Below, in pieces: positions 20,859 to 29,176 of a DNA stretch of 64,000 nucleotides (position 1 is its first letter; every line of letters starts with the position of its first letter). A model generated the notes under the pieces. It worked only from the letters and a program-made list of their open reading frames with translations, ran no database searches and was not told the origin of the DNA. The stretch comes from an uncultured Dehalococcoidales bacterium (GTDB taxonomy: Bacteria; Chloroflexota; Dehalococcoidia; GIF9; UBA5629): assembly GCA_964549635.1 (NCBI GenBank), contig CAZJVJ010000002.1, positions 40,567 through 104,566 of the forward strand, in the 5' to 3' direction. The translations under genes and the position numbers were made by a program.

Positions 20859-21894
20859 TGCTAATTGCAACCGTATTGGCGAAGGATTGCGTTTCCTAGA
20901 GGACGTTGCACGCTTTATAATCAATGATGCTGAACTCACACAGCAGCTGAAGGCAATGCGGCATGAACTAGTCAAAGGGCTCAGCAAATTTGGTATCCGC
21001 CTCCTTTCTGAAAGAAACGCAAAATCAGATATTGGGCTGAGCATTGAGATGCCTCAACAAAAACAGGACTTGCCATCGCTAATAACAGCTAATGCAAAAA
21101 GGGTAGAAGAGGCTTTACGTGTCGTTGAGGAGCTGGCCAACTCTCCGGATTTAGGGATAGAATTAAGCTCGAAGGAATTTGAGCGGGCGAGGTTCGGTCT
21201 CTATTCACTAGAGCGGGAGCTGTTATCTAAGGTATCACGTCGGCAAAAATTGGCACGCCTAAGCGGCCTTTACGTCATAATTGATACCGAAAAGTTGGGC
21301 CAAAAAGATGAAGTTGATGCCGCCAGTCAAGTTATTCTTGGAGGAGCCAGTATTATACAACTTCGTGACAAGCGTTATGATAAAAATAAACTTTTCACAA
21401 TAGCGCAAAAAATAAAGGACCTGTGCTATAAATCGGGTTCACTTTTCATAGTCAATGATTATCTAGATATAGCCTTAGCTGTTAATGCCGATGGGTTGCA
21501 CATAGGGCAAGAAGATTTACCATTGCCGGTAGTTCGAAGATTGTTGCCTATTGACAAGCTTGTTGGCGTGTCGACACACACGTTGGCGGAAGCCCAGCGG
21601 GCGGAAATCGAGGGCGCGGACTATATCGCCCTTGGCTCCATATTTCCGTCGCAAACTAAAAAAGATGCCAAAGTGGTTGGTCTAGAATGCTTGCGTCAAG
21701 TCAGGCAAGAGATATCTATTCCCATAGTAGCTATTGGTGGCATTGATAAGGAGAATATTACTGAAGTTATAACCGCAGGGGCTAATGCAATAGCAGTCAT
21801 CAGTGCTGTCATGACTAAAGGAGATATAGAGGCGGCAACTCGCCAACTGGTGAACGCGATTGAGGAGAAAACAAAAAGCTACAAAGAACCTTGA
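20830..21894 (+). CDS. thiE: thiamine-phosphate synthase with an N-terminal extension of about 140 aa
   Basis: The C-terminal ~210 aa carry 'GLYVIIDT', 'IQLRDK', '[10 protein letters not shown]', 'GVSTH' and 'IVAIGGI'. The N-terminal helical region '[25 protein letters not shown]' is absent from minimal ThiE. Confidence 0.8.
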   Translation: [354 protein letters not shown]

Positions 21895-22519
21895 ATCTAT
21901 CGCTGAGAAAATCCGCCTCGATTTTTCAACCAAAGATGCAGCGAGAGAAAATGCTTTACGCCTTTGCCGAGAGATAATTCGTTGTAGCGCCAGTGCAATT
22001 CGTACTGTGCACCGACGGGAGAGTGCGAAAGCCAAGCGCATGTTGAATCTGGCACACACCTTGCTTCGGGAGTTGAACCAGGATATACTCCAGAAACATA
22101 ATGATATACTTCATTCCGGCTTTGTTCACGACGCTCAAAAAGAGTTTGCCGAGGCAAGCGCTATTTATGCCATAGTCACAGGCAAAGTGATTCCAGCACC
22201 GGAGGATATTGGGGTTAGCTATGCGGCGTACCTGAATGGTTTAGGGGAAGCGGTAGGTGAACTCAGGCGCCATATCTTGGACAACCTACGGCGTGATGAC
22301 CTTGGTGGATGTGAAGAATTATTGTCAATTATGGATGATATTTATGCTGCGTTGGTAACCATGGACTTTCCAGAGGGCATTACCTACGGTTTAAGAAGGA
22401 CAACTGATTCTGTTCGCGCTATTTTGGAGCGCACTCGTGGAGAGTTAACTTTAATCCTCAAACAGAGAGAATTTGCAAAAAAACTAGAACAGATGACTGT
22501 AAAAGAAAGAAAGAAGTAG
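21860..22519 (+). CDS. translin-family-like (COG2178-type) helical protein
   Basis: 219 aa, all-helical. 'HSGFVHDAQKEFAEA', 'YLNGLGEAVGELRR' and 'ITYGLRRTTDSVRAILERTRGEL' resemble archaeal/bacterial translin-like proteins. Overlaps the thiE 3' end by 35 nt. Confidence 0.5.
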   Translation: MRRKQKATKNLESIAEKIRLDFSTKDAARENALRLCREIIRCSASAIRTVHRRESAKAKRMLNLAHTLLRELNQDILQKHNDILHSGFVHDAQKEFAEASAIYAIVTGKVIPAPEDIGVSYAAYLNGLGEAVGELRRHILDNLRRDDLGGCEELLSIMDDIYAALVTMDFPEGITYGLRRTTDSVRAILERTRGELTLILKQREFAKKLEQMTVKERKK

Positions 22520-22850
22520 CAAACGCACCTGTTTACTAGCAATGCGCGGCATTTCCAGACATGTGTCCAATTCGAACAAATATTTCTTTGTAGATTTGTT
22601 ATGAAATTAGGCTGCGGTATACCTTATTTTCTGTATCGGGATAACATGCTTTTGAGATGTCGCAAAGACAACTATTTTGGCAGCTTAGCTAGTTGCCTGC
22701 CAGTCTACTCGTTTCTCTGAAAATACTTAGATATCAATGCCTTTATGCTGCTGGTTGCCCAATACCGCCTTTGTCATAATGATGGCATTTTTACTGAACA
22801 GTTGGGCGGCAACAAAATAGTAGGACATCAATGTCCCAATTATGCTTTGA

Positions 22851-22880
22851 TTGACAGCGTTACAATGCATTAGCTAGACT
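22851..22880 (+). promoter_or_regulatory. weak candidate promoter upstream of the acyl-CoA synthetase alpha gene (TTGACA-18 nt-TAGACT)
   Basis: Perfect -35 at 22851-22856, imperfect -10 at 22875-22880. No clear SD precedes ATG 22922. Confidence 0.3.
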
Positions 22881-22921
22881 AACCACCTGCTGGCTAAAAA
22901 GTGGATCAAAAATAGCCTACT

Positions 22922-24304
22922 ATGCGAATTCTGCAACAGATGAAGCAATTTATGGAGCCACAATCAGTGGCCCTCATCGGGGTATCACGCTACACTGGCG
23001 AAGGCACTTTTAATGTGCTGGAGAACCTGCTTAGCTATGGCTACAAGGGCAGAATCTATCCGGTTAACCCAAGCGTTAGTGAAATACTTGGTATGAAAAC
23101 TTATTCCAAAGTCACTGAGATAAATGAACCTGTTGACTTAGCAGTGTTAACAACACCGCGCGTCTTGGTGCCTTCTCTGCTGAAAGAATGTATCTCAAGC
23201 AATATTAAATCAGCGATAGTAGTAGCCCAAGGCTTTTCTGATGCTCGTGACATGGAAGGCAGGGAACTTCAAAATGAGTTGAACAGTATTGTGGAAAGCA
23301 AACAAATACGAGTGGTTGGGCCTAACACCTTTGGCACTGCCAATGTGTTCATCAATTTTAGCTCATCATTTGTAAAAATAAGAATGAAAAGGCAGCCAGT
23401 CGGTATCATTTGCCAGACAGGAGTCTTTTTCATTGGCTTTTCGGAGATGACGTTCATAGGTAAAGGTATTGACCTGGGTAATGCCTGCGATATTAAATTT
23501 TCTGATTGTTTAGAATATTTTGAGCACGATGTGGAAACGAAAGTAATAGCCCTTCATATCGAAGGTATGCAGGATACGCAGGGTTTCATTAACGTTTGTA
23601 AACGCATCGCCCCCAAGAAGGCCATAATAGCATTGAAAACCGGAAAAAGCGAGCTTGCCGCTAAGGCAGTCCAATCTCATACCGGTTCTATTGCAGGTAA
23701 GAAGGAAGTTTGGGACATAGCCTTGAAGCAATCCGGTGTAATTTCAGTAGCTGATTTAGAGGAGCTTATCGATTTGACCAGAGCATTCTGCATACTGCCC
23801 CCTATGGAGACGCCCAAGGTCGGCGTTATCACTATCACTGGTGGCTTGGGTGTTATGGCCATAGATGCCTGTCGGAACTCGGTTGTAAGGATAGATACGC
23901 TATCACCAAAGACAAAAAGTTTACTGAATGCCATGTCGCCTGTCTGGCTTAGCGTTGGAAATCCAGTAGACATTTGGCCGGCAATGATGACATCACAAAT
24001 ACCACTAAGACCGCTGATAGATGGCCTAAAAATCCTTCTATCGGACTCTGACATAGGCGCAGTTCTGTTTATAGGAGCCGCTTTTGACGAAAAATGGGGT
24101 AGCGGCATTTGTCAGCTTTTGACCGAGCTGGCTACGGCATATGAAAATAAGCCTTTAGTATGTTGTATTTATGGACCTTACGCCGCTGAAACTGTAGAGA
24201 GGCTACAAAGTGAAGGAAAAGTGGTAGGTTTTGCAACCCCTGAAAGAGCTATGAGAGCGCTTATCCGACTCTACGAATATTCAGAATTACGAAAAGGGCT
24301 CTAA
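22922..24304 (+). CDS. ADP-forming acyl-CoA synthetase, alpha subunit
   Basis: 460 aa with 'SVALIGVSR', 'GRIYPVNPSVSEILGMKTY' and the phosphohistidine loop 'AVQSHTGSIAGK'. The size matches archaeal ACD alpha subunits. Confidence 0.75.
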   Translation: MRILQQMKQFMEPQSVALIGVSRYTGEGTFNVLENLLSYGYKGRIYPVNPSVSEILGMKTYSKVTEINEPVDLAVLTTPRVLVPSLLKECISSNIKSAIVVAQGFSDARDMEGRELQNELNSIVESKQIRVVGPNTFGTANVFINFSSSFVKIRMKRQPVGIICQTGVFFIGFSEMTFIGKGIDLGNACDIKFSDCLEYFEHDVETKVIALHIEGMQDTQGFINVCKRIAPKKAIIALKTGKSELAAKAVQSHTGSIAGKKEVWDIALKQSGVISVADLEELIDLTRAFCILPPMETPKVGVITITGGLGVMAIDACRNSVVRIDTLSPKTKSLLNAMSPVWLSVGNPVDIWPAMMTSQIPLRPLIDGLKILLSDSDIGAVLFIGAAFDEKWGSGICQLLTELATAYENKPLVCCIYGPYAAETVERLQSEGKVVGFATPERAMRALIRLYEYSELRKGL

Positions 24305-24988
24305 GATAACCCTGGCATCAACCGCAACGGCCCCATTTTTATAGGCAAAAATCGGGTTAAGGTCGAGCTCCTTTATCTCCGGGTTATTCTGGACAAAATC
24401 AGAAACCTTTAATATCAAATCTTCCAAAAACTCAATATCTGCTGGCTCTTGCCCCCTATAACCTTCAAGCAGAGGGTATCCTTTTATCTCCCGTATCATC
24501 TCTCTGGCATCTCTCTTAGCCAGTGGAACAATCCTGAAAGCTACATCCTTCAATACCTCTACTAACACTCCTCCCAAGCCAAACATCAGCACTGGCCCGA
24601 ACTGTGCGTCTTTTGTCATACCTATGATTATCTCTATTCCAGGACGTGCCATCTTCTGTACAGAGACCCCATGAATTTTTGCCACGGGATTATGTTTCTT
24701 AATGCTAGCGAGAATCTCGCTGTATGCGTTTCCCACCTGGGTAGCATTTTTTAAGTTGAGTTTGACACCGCCAGAATCGCTTTTGTGGATAATATCAGGT
24801 GAGACTATTTTAAGTACCACGGGGAACCCCATGCTTTTGCTAAGAGCTACAGCTTCCTTCTTGGCTCGTGCCAGCTTGGCCTCAACAACAGGTATCCCAG
24901 CTTCCTTAAGCCATTCTTTGGACTCAATTTCGGTCAATTGTGTCCTGTTCTCTTTTCTGGCCAGTTTTAATATCTCGTTCTTCTTCAT
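24287..24988 (-). CDS. ADP-forming acyl-CoA synthetase, beta subunit (ATP-grasp)
   Basis: 233 aa with 'FPVVLKIVSPDIIHKSDSGGVKLNL' and 'ELDLNPI'. Convergent with the alpha gene; the 3' ends overlap by 18 nt. Confidence 0.75.
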   Translation of the reverse strand: MKKNEILKLARKENRTQLTEIESKEWLKEAGIPVVEAKLARAKKEAVALSKSMGFPVVLKIVSPDIIHKSDSGGVKLNLKNATQVGNAYSEILASIKKHNPVAKIHGVSVQKMARPGIEIIIGMTKDAQFGPVLMFGLGGVLVEVLKDVAFRIVPLAKRDAREMIREIKGYPLLEGYRGQEPADIEFLEDLILKVSDFVQNNPEIKELDLNPIFAYKNGAVAVDARVILEPFS

Positions 24989-25236
24989 TTAATCCCCCTT
25001 ATAGTTCATCGGCCATAAAAACGCGAGCAACATTTTAGCTAATTTTGTTTACCTATGTAAAGAATTTGCATCTGCGAGGTCTTTTTTCAAGCACAATTAA
25101 CATTATTGGATTATTTGCCTACAATACGCCATATCGCTGTCGGTGTTATACATAAACTCATACCTAGAAAAGAATTTACTACAATCTCCGTGCTATACTT
25201 TGTGGTGCAAGATAAACCACTGTAGGGGGGAGATAA

Positions 25237-25860
25237 TTGTCGAGGCACGAAAGCTTATCCAGATTGAAAGTCCTGGGCATCGCCGGGAGTCCTCGTCGAA
25301 ACGGCAATACGGATATCCTATTGAAACAGGCAATGGCTGGTGTTACAAGTCAGGGTGCCGAGGCAAAAACAGTCATTTTAAGTGAATTGAATATTTTCCC
25401 TTGCCGGCACTGCGATGGTTGTATTAAAACAGGCAAGTGTGTGATAAATGATGATATGCAATGGTTGCACAACGACCTAAGAGAGGCTGACCGGGTGATT
25501 CTAGCGTCACCCATTTTTTTCATGGGGGTTACTGCTCAAACAAAAGCTATGATTGACCGCTGTCAGGCATTGTGGGTGATAAAATATGTTCTTAAACTTC
25601 CAGTGGCAACTGACCCTGAAAAAGGGCGCAGAGGCATCTTCGTTTCGGTAGGTGGGACGAAGCTTCGTAACTTATTCCAGCCAGCGATAGCTACGGTCAA
25701 AAGCTGGTTTACAACACTAGAAGTCAAATATGCGGGTGAATTAGTTTTCCCAGGTATAGATGAAAGAGATGCCATCTTTAAGCATCCTACGGCGATTAGA
25801 GACGCATATATTATGGGCCAAAAATTAGTCAGTAGCCTCGGTGATAAGGTAGATTTTTAA
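25237..25860 (+). CDS. iron-sulfur flavoprotein (Isf / NADPH-dependent FMN reductase family)
   Basis: 207 aa with flavodoxin-like 'GIAGSPRRNGNT' and the compact Cys motif 'CRHCDGCIKTGKC' (CX2CX2CX5C). TTG start after GGGGGGAG. Confidence 0.65.
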   Translation: MSRHESLSRLKVLGIAGSPRRNGNTDILLKQAMAGVTSQGAEAKTVILSELNIFPCRHCDGCIKTGKCVINDDMQWLHNDLREADRVILASPIFFMGVTAQTKAMIDRCQALWVIKYVLKLPVATDPEKGRRGIFVSVGGTKLRNLFQPAIATVKSWFTTLEVKYAGELVFPGIDERDAIFKHPTAIRDAYIMGQKLVSSLGDKVDF

Positions 25861-25885
25861 CTGCTTGGTTTAGCAAAACGCGGGA

Positions 25886-25914
25886 TTGACACAGGTTGTA
25901 GCGTGTGCTATATT
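25886..25914 (+). promoter_or_regulatory. near-consensus extended -10 promoter for the thiolase/hydratase/ACAD operon (TTGACA-17 nt-TGcTATATT)
   Basis: -35 TTGACA at 25886-25891, TG at 25906-25907, -10 TATATT at 25909-25914. AGGAGG lies 8 nt before ATG 25955. Confidence 0.55.
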
Positions 25915-25954
25915 GCCGTTCGGCTTTAAACGCTGACATCAGGAGGTTAATTAC

Positions 25955-27397
25955 ATGGTTGGTATTAAGTCCTATGGCGCTTACATCCCGCGGTACAGAA
26001 TGAACCGCAATACTATCTTTGGAGCGGTGGGGTTTCTGGGTACATTTCCAACACCTGGCGAGAAAGCGGTTGCCAATCACGATGAGGATACCCTTAGCAT
26101 GGCGGTAGCTGCTGGGATCGACTGCATCGATGGGCTGAAAAGAGAAGTAATAGATGGTTTGTATCTTGCTACTACCAGTCAGCCATATGTGCTGAGACAA
26201 AACTCGGCGATAGTTGCTGTTGCTCTTGATTTGCAGCCTAATATAAGGACAGCTGATTTCATCGCCTCCAACAAGGCGGGTACTACTGCTCTCATTGCTG
26301 CCTTTGACGCTGTAAAGGGGGGTACCTCGAGCAATATTTTAGTCTGCGCTTCAGATTGCCGACTGAGCAAGCCTGGTGGTCCTCAGGAACATCTGTATGG
26401 TGACGGCGCTGCAGCTTTATGGGTAGCGAATGACGATGTAATTGCTACTTTCGAGGGTTTTTATTCTGTTTCCTACGATTTCCCGGACCGCTGGAAGGCA
26501 AGCACCGAGGACTTTGAACATGCTTGGGAAGATAGATTCATTCGGGACGAAGGCTATACAAAAATGATACCCGAAGCAATTGCTGGCCTACTTAAGAAGT
26601 ATAATTTGAACATAAGGGAATTTGCCAAAATTGCGTTTCCCGGTATTTATGCCAGAGAGCATGCCGGTATTCTCAAAAGACTGGGTGCAGAACCGGGCCA
26701 AAGTCAGGATACCTTAATTGACAAAGTTGGTGATACCGGGACAGCTTCACCCTTAATGATGCTTGTAGCTGCGCTAGAGGATGCCAAACCTGGAGACAAG
26801 ATTCTGGTTGCCAGCTTTGGTAACGGCAGTGATGCCCTGTTTTTCCAAGTGACCGAAAATATAAAGAACGTAGGCGAGAGGCGTGGAGTGAAGAAACATT
26901 TGGTTTCAAAAAAGGAGCTCACCAGCTATGAAAAATATCTGGCTTTCCGTAAGTTAGCGCCGATGGACGTTGGCCTTCGGGGTGAGGTAGGCATTCGCAC
27001 CCCAATGTCTGCACTATATAGGGAACGAAAGACGATCCTAGGCTTGGTTGGCTCCAGGTGTAAAAAGTGTGGCACTCCGCAATATCCACCTCAAAGAGTT
27101 TGCGTCAACCCTGATTGTGGATCTGTGGATGAGATGGAAGACTATCGCTTTTCAGATAAGAAGGGCGTTGTGTTTACTTATACTGGAGACAATTTAGCTG
27201 CAAGTATTGACCCACCGTCAATTTATGGTCTGGTGGATTTTGAAGCTGGTGGAAGGTACTGGTTTGATTTTACAGATTGCGACCTTGACTCAGTTAGAGT
27301 AGGTATACCTGTGGAGATGACCTTTCGCAAAAGGTATGCGGACGAACCAACAGGTGTATATGGTTATTCTTGGAAGGCAACACCTATACGTGACTAG
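25955..27397 (+). CDS. HMG-CoA-synthase-like thiolase-fold domain fused to a DUF35 zinc-ribbon/OB-fold domain; catalytic residues apparently substituted
   Basis: The N-terminus 'MVGIKSYGAYIPRYRM' and overall pattern are HMGCS-like. The C-terminal 'CKKCGTPQYPPQRVCVNPDCGS' plus OB region matches DUF35. The Glu/Cys/His positions read T74/N106/P229 by eye alignment to MvaS. Confidence 0.7.
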   Translation: MVGIKSYGAYIPRYRMNRNTIFGAVGFLGTFPTPGEKAVANHDEDTLSMAVAAGIDCIDGLKREVIDGLYLATTSQPYVLRQNSAIVAVALDLQPNIRTADFIASNKAGTTALIAAFDAVKGGTSSNILVCASDCRLSKPGGPQEHLYGDGAAALWVANDDVIATFEGFYSVSYDFPDRWKASTEDFEHAWEDRFIRDEGYTKMIPEAIAGLLKKYNLNIREFAKIAFPGIYAREHAGILKRLGAEPGQSQDTLIDKVGDTGTASPLMMLVAALEDAKPGDKILVASFGNGSDALFFQVTENIKNVGERRGVKKHLVSKKELTSYEKYLAFRKLAPMDVGLRGEVGIRTPMSALYRERKTILGLVGSRCKKCGTPQYPPQRVCVNPDCGSVDEMEDYRFSDKKGVVFTYTGDNLAASIDPPSIYGLVDFEAGGRYWFDFTDCDLDSVRVGIPVEMTFRKRYADEPTGVYGYSWKATPIRD

Positions 27398-27432
27398 AGT
27401 TGCCTAATTGAATAAAGTACGGAGGATACAAA

Positions 27433-28635
27433 ATGGCAGAAGGCATTAAAGACAAGGTAGCTATTATAGGTATGGGATGTACTAAATTTGGAGAACTGTG
27501 GGACAAGAGCGCTGAGGATTTGATGGTTGATGCGTTTAAGGAATGCATTGAGGATGCGGGGATAGATAAGAAAGACCTTCAGGCTGCTTGGTTTGGGGTA
27601 CACTTTGAAGAGCAAAGTGTCGGCAAAGGCGCCACATCCTTGGCGCTGGCACTTAAGTTGCCCTTTATTCCGGTCACACGGACAGAAAACTTTTGTGCTA
27701 CCGCAACCGAAGCTTTCAGAGGTGCCTGTTACGCGGTGGCTTCTGGGGCTTATGACATTGTGCTTGCGTTAGGCGTGGAGAAGCTCAAGGATACTGGATA
27801 TGGTGGACTTCCTGGTGGCCCTGGTTTGATGGGGACGAGAAATGCACTTATCATGCCCAAGCTGACTGCCCCGGGGGCTTTTGCTATGATGGCTACTAGA
27901 TATTTTGCCGTGTATGGGCTCAGTCCGGAGGAAGGCAAAAGGATGTTGGCTAAGGTGTCAGTCAAAAGTCATTACAATGGAGCCAGGAATCCAAAGGCAC
28001 ACCTGCGCCGCGAGATAACTGAAGAGCAGGTGGTTAACGCCCCTATTATTGCTTGGCCGCTTGGGCTTTTCGACTGCTGTGGAGTGAGTGATGGCGCGGC
28101 AGCAGCAATTGTTACTCGAGCCGACATGGCTAAAAATTTCAGGCCTGACCCTGTATATGTGAAAGCGCTCCAGGTTGCCGTAAGTTCAGGTGAAGAGTTG
28201 ATGTATACCAAGTGGGATGGCGCTCATGTTGAGACGGGGTACCGGGCCGGAGTCCTTGCTTACAAAGAGGCTGGTATCAAGAATCCGCGCCAGGAGATAA
28301 GTATGGCCGAGGTACACGACTGCTTTTCGATTACTGAAGCAGTAACAATGGAGGATTTGCAGTTCAGCCCCAGAGGAAAGGTTAAAGAAGATATTGAATC
28401 TGGTCGCTTTAATATTAATGGAGAGCAACCTATCCAGCCTGATGGTGGCTTGAAATGCTTTGGGCATCCTATTGGCGCTTCTGGGTTGAGAATGCTGTAT
28501 GAAATGTACAAGCAGTTACAGGGGAAGGCTCAGTTGCCCGAGCGCCAGATAAAGAATCCCAAACTGGGTCTCACTCATAACATGGGTGGCTTCCCGGCGA
28601 TGAATATAGTCAGCGTGGCTATCGTCGGACTGTAA
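27433..28635 (+). CDS. SCP2-type (nonspecific lipid-transfer-protein-like) thiolase
   Basis: 400 aa with nucleophile region 'ENFCATATEAF', 'VHDCFS' (the HDCF motif of SCP2 thiolases), 'CFGHPIGASG' and 'HNMGG'. Confidence 0.8.
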   Translation: MAEGIKDKVAIIGMGCTKFGELWDKSAEDLMVDAFKECIEDAGIDKKDLQAAWFGVHFEEQSVGKGATSLALALKLPFIPVTRTENFCATATEAFRGACYAVASGAYDIVLALGVEKLKDTGYGGLPGGPGLMGTRNALIMPKLTAPGAFAMMATRYFAVYGLSPEEGKRMLAKVSVKSHYNGARNPKAHLRREITEEQVVNAPIIAWPLGLFDCCGVSDGAAAAIVTRADMAKNFRPDPVYVKALQVAVSSGEELMYTKWDGAHVETGYRAGVLAYKEAGIKNPRQEISMAEVHDCFSITEAVTMEDLQFSPRGKVKEDIESGRFNINGEQPIQPDGGLKCFGHPIGASGLRMLYEMYKQLQGKAQLPERQIKNPKLGLTHNMGGFPAMNIVSVAIVGL

Positions 28636-28662
28636 TAAGTAACTAAAGTTAAGGAGGTTTAT

Positions 28663-29142
28663 ATGATGGCTGAAGGCTCCCTAATTACGGATGCACTTAA
28701 AAAGCTGATAGGTGTTCCTGGAGAGCCAGTTATTTTTAAAGTTGAAGAAGGAGCGATACAAAGGTATGCACAAGCTATAGGTGACCCTAATCCTTTATTC
28801 AACGATATAGAGAATGCCAGCAAGAACAAATATGGCAGGTTGATTTGCCCTCCAGGCTTTACCGGGTGGCCGATAAAGCCCGGATTTTCTATGTTTAAAC
28901 TGATTGATTCGTTGGTCAAAGCTGGGGCACCACCTCGGTTGCTGGACGGCGGTGTGGAATATGAATTTTTTGAGCCGATAGGGGCCGGAGATGTGCTAGT
29001 TGCTACCACAAAGGTTGCTGATATCACTGAACGTGAAACAAGAATGGGCAAGACCTTGTTTACCACTGTCGAGACGACCTTTGTCAACCAAAAGAATAAC
29101 AAGGTCATGCTAAAAAGCCGTTCCACGTTGATCCAATTTTAG
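28663..29142 (+). CDS. MaoC_dehydrat_N / FAS1-like hot-dog subunit (non-catalytic hydratase partner)
   Basis: 159 aa. 'FKVEEGAIQRYAQAIGDPNPLF' is typical of the N-terminal hot-dog half of (R)-hydratases. It lacks the hydratase-2 motif. Confidence 0.65.
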   Translation: MMAEGSLITDALKKLIGVPGEPVIFKVEEGAIQRYAQAIGDPNPLFNDIENASKNKYGRLICPPGFTGWPIKPGFSMFKLIDSLVKAGAPPRLLDGGVEYEFFEPIGAGDVLVATTKVADITERETRMGKTLFTTVETTFVNQKNNKVMLKSRSTLIQF

Positions 29143-29176
29143 GTGGCTTGTAACCATTTCAGATTGAGGAGGAGAC

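Noticed and set aside
25955-28635. Reading the HMGCS-like + thiolase pair as a mevalonate-pathway entry module, or as reverse HMG-CoA cleavage for leucine catabolism
   Set aside because: The HMGCS-like protein appears to lack Glu, Cys and His, so synthase or reverse activity is unlikely. No HMG-CoA reductase or other mevalonate genes are present. The surrounding genes are all degradative.
28659-29126. 155-aa minus-strand ORF opposite the MaoC_N gene. Similar antisense or alternate-frame ORFs occur at 31986-32507, 38993-39457, 43577-44146, 23677-24108 and 5855-6325.
   Set aside because: Each is embedded in a gene with strong family motifs on the other strand or frame. None has an RBS or a recognisable domain.
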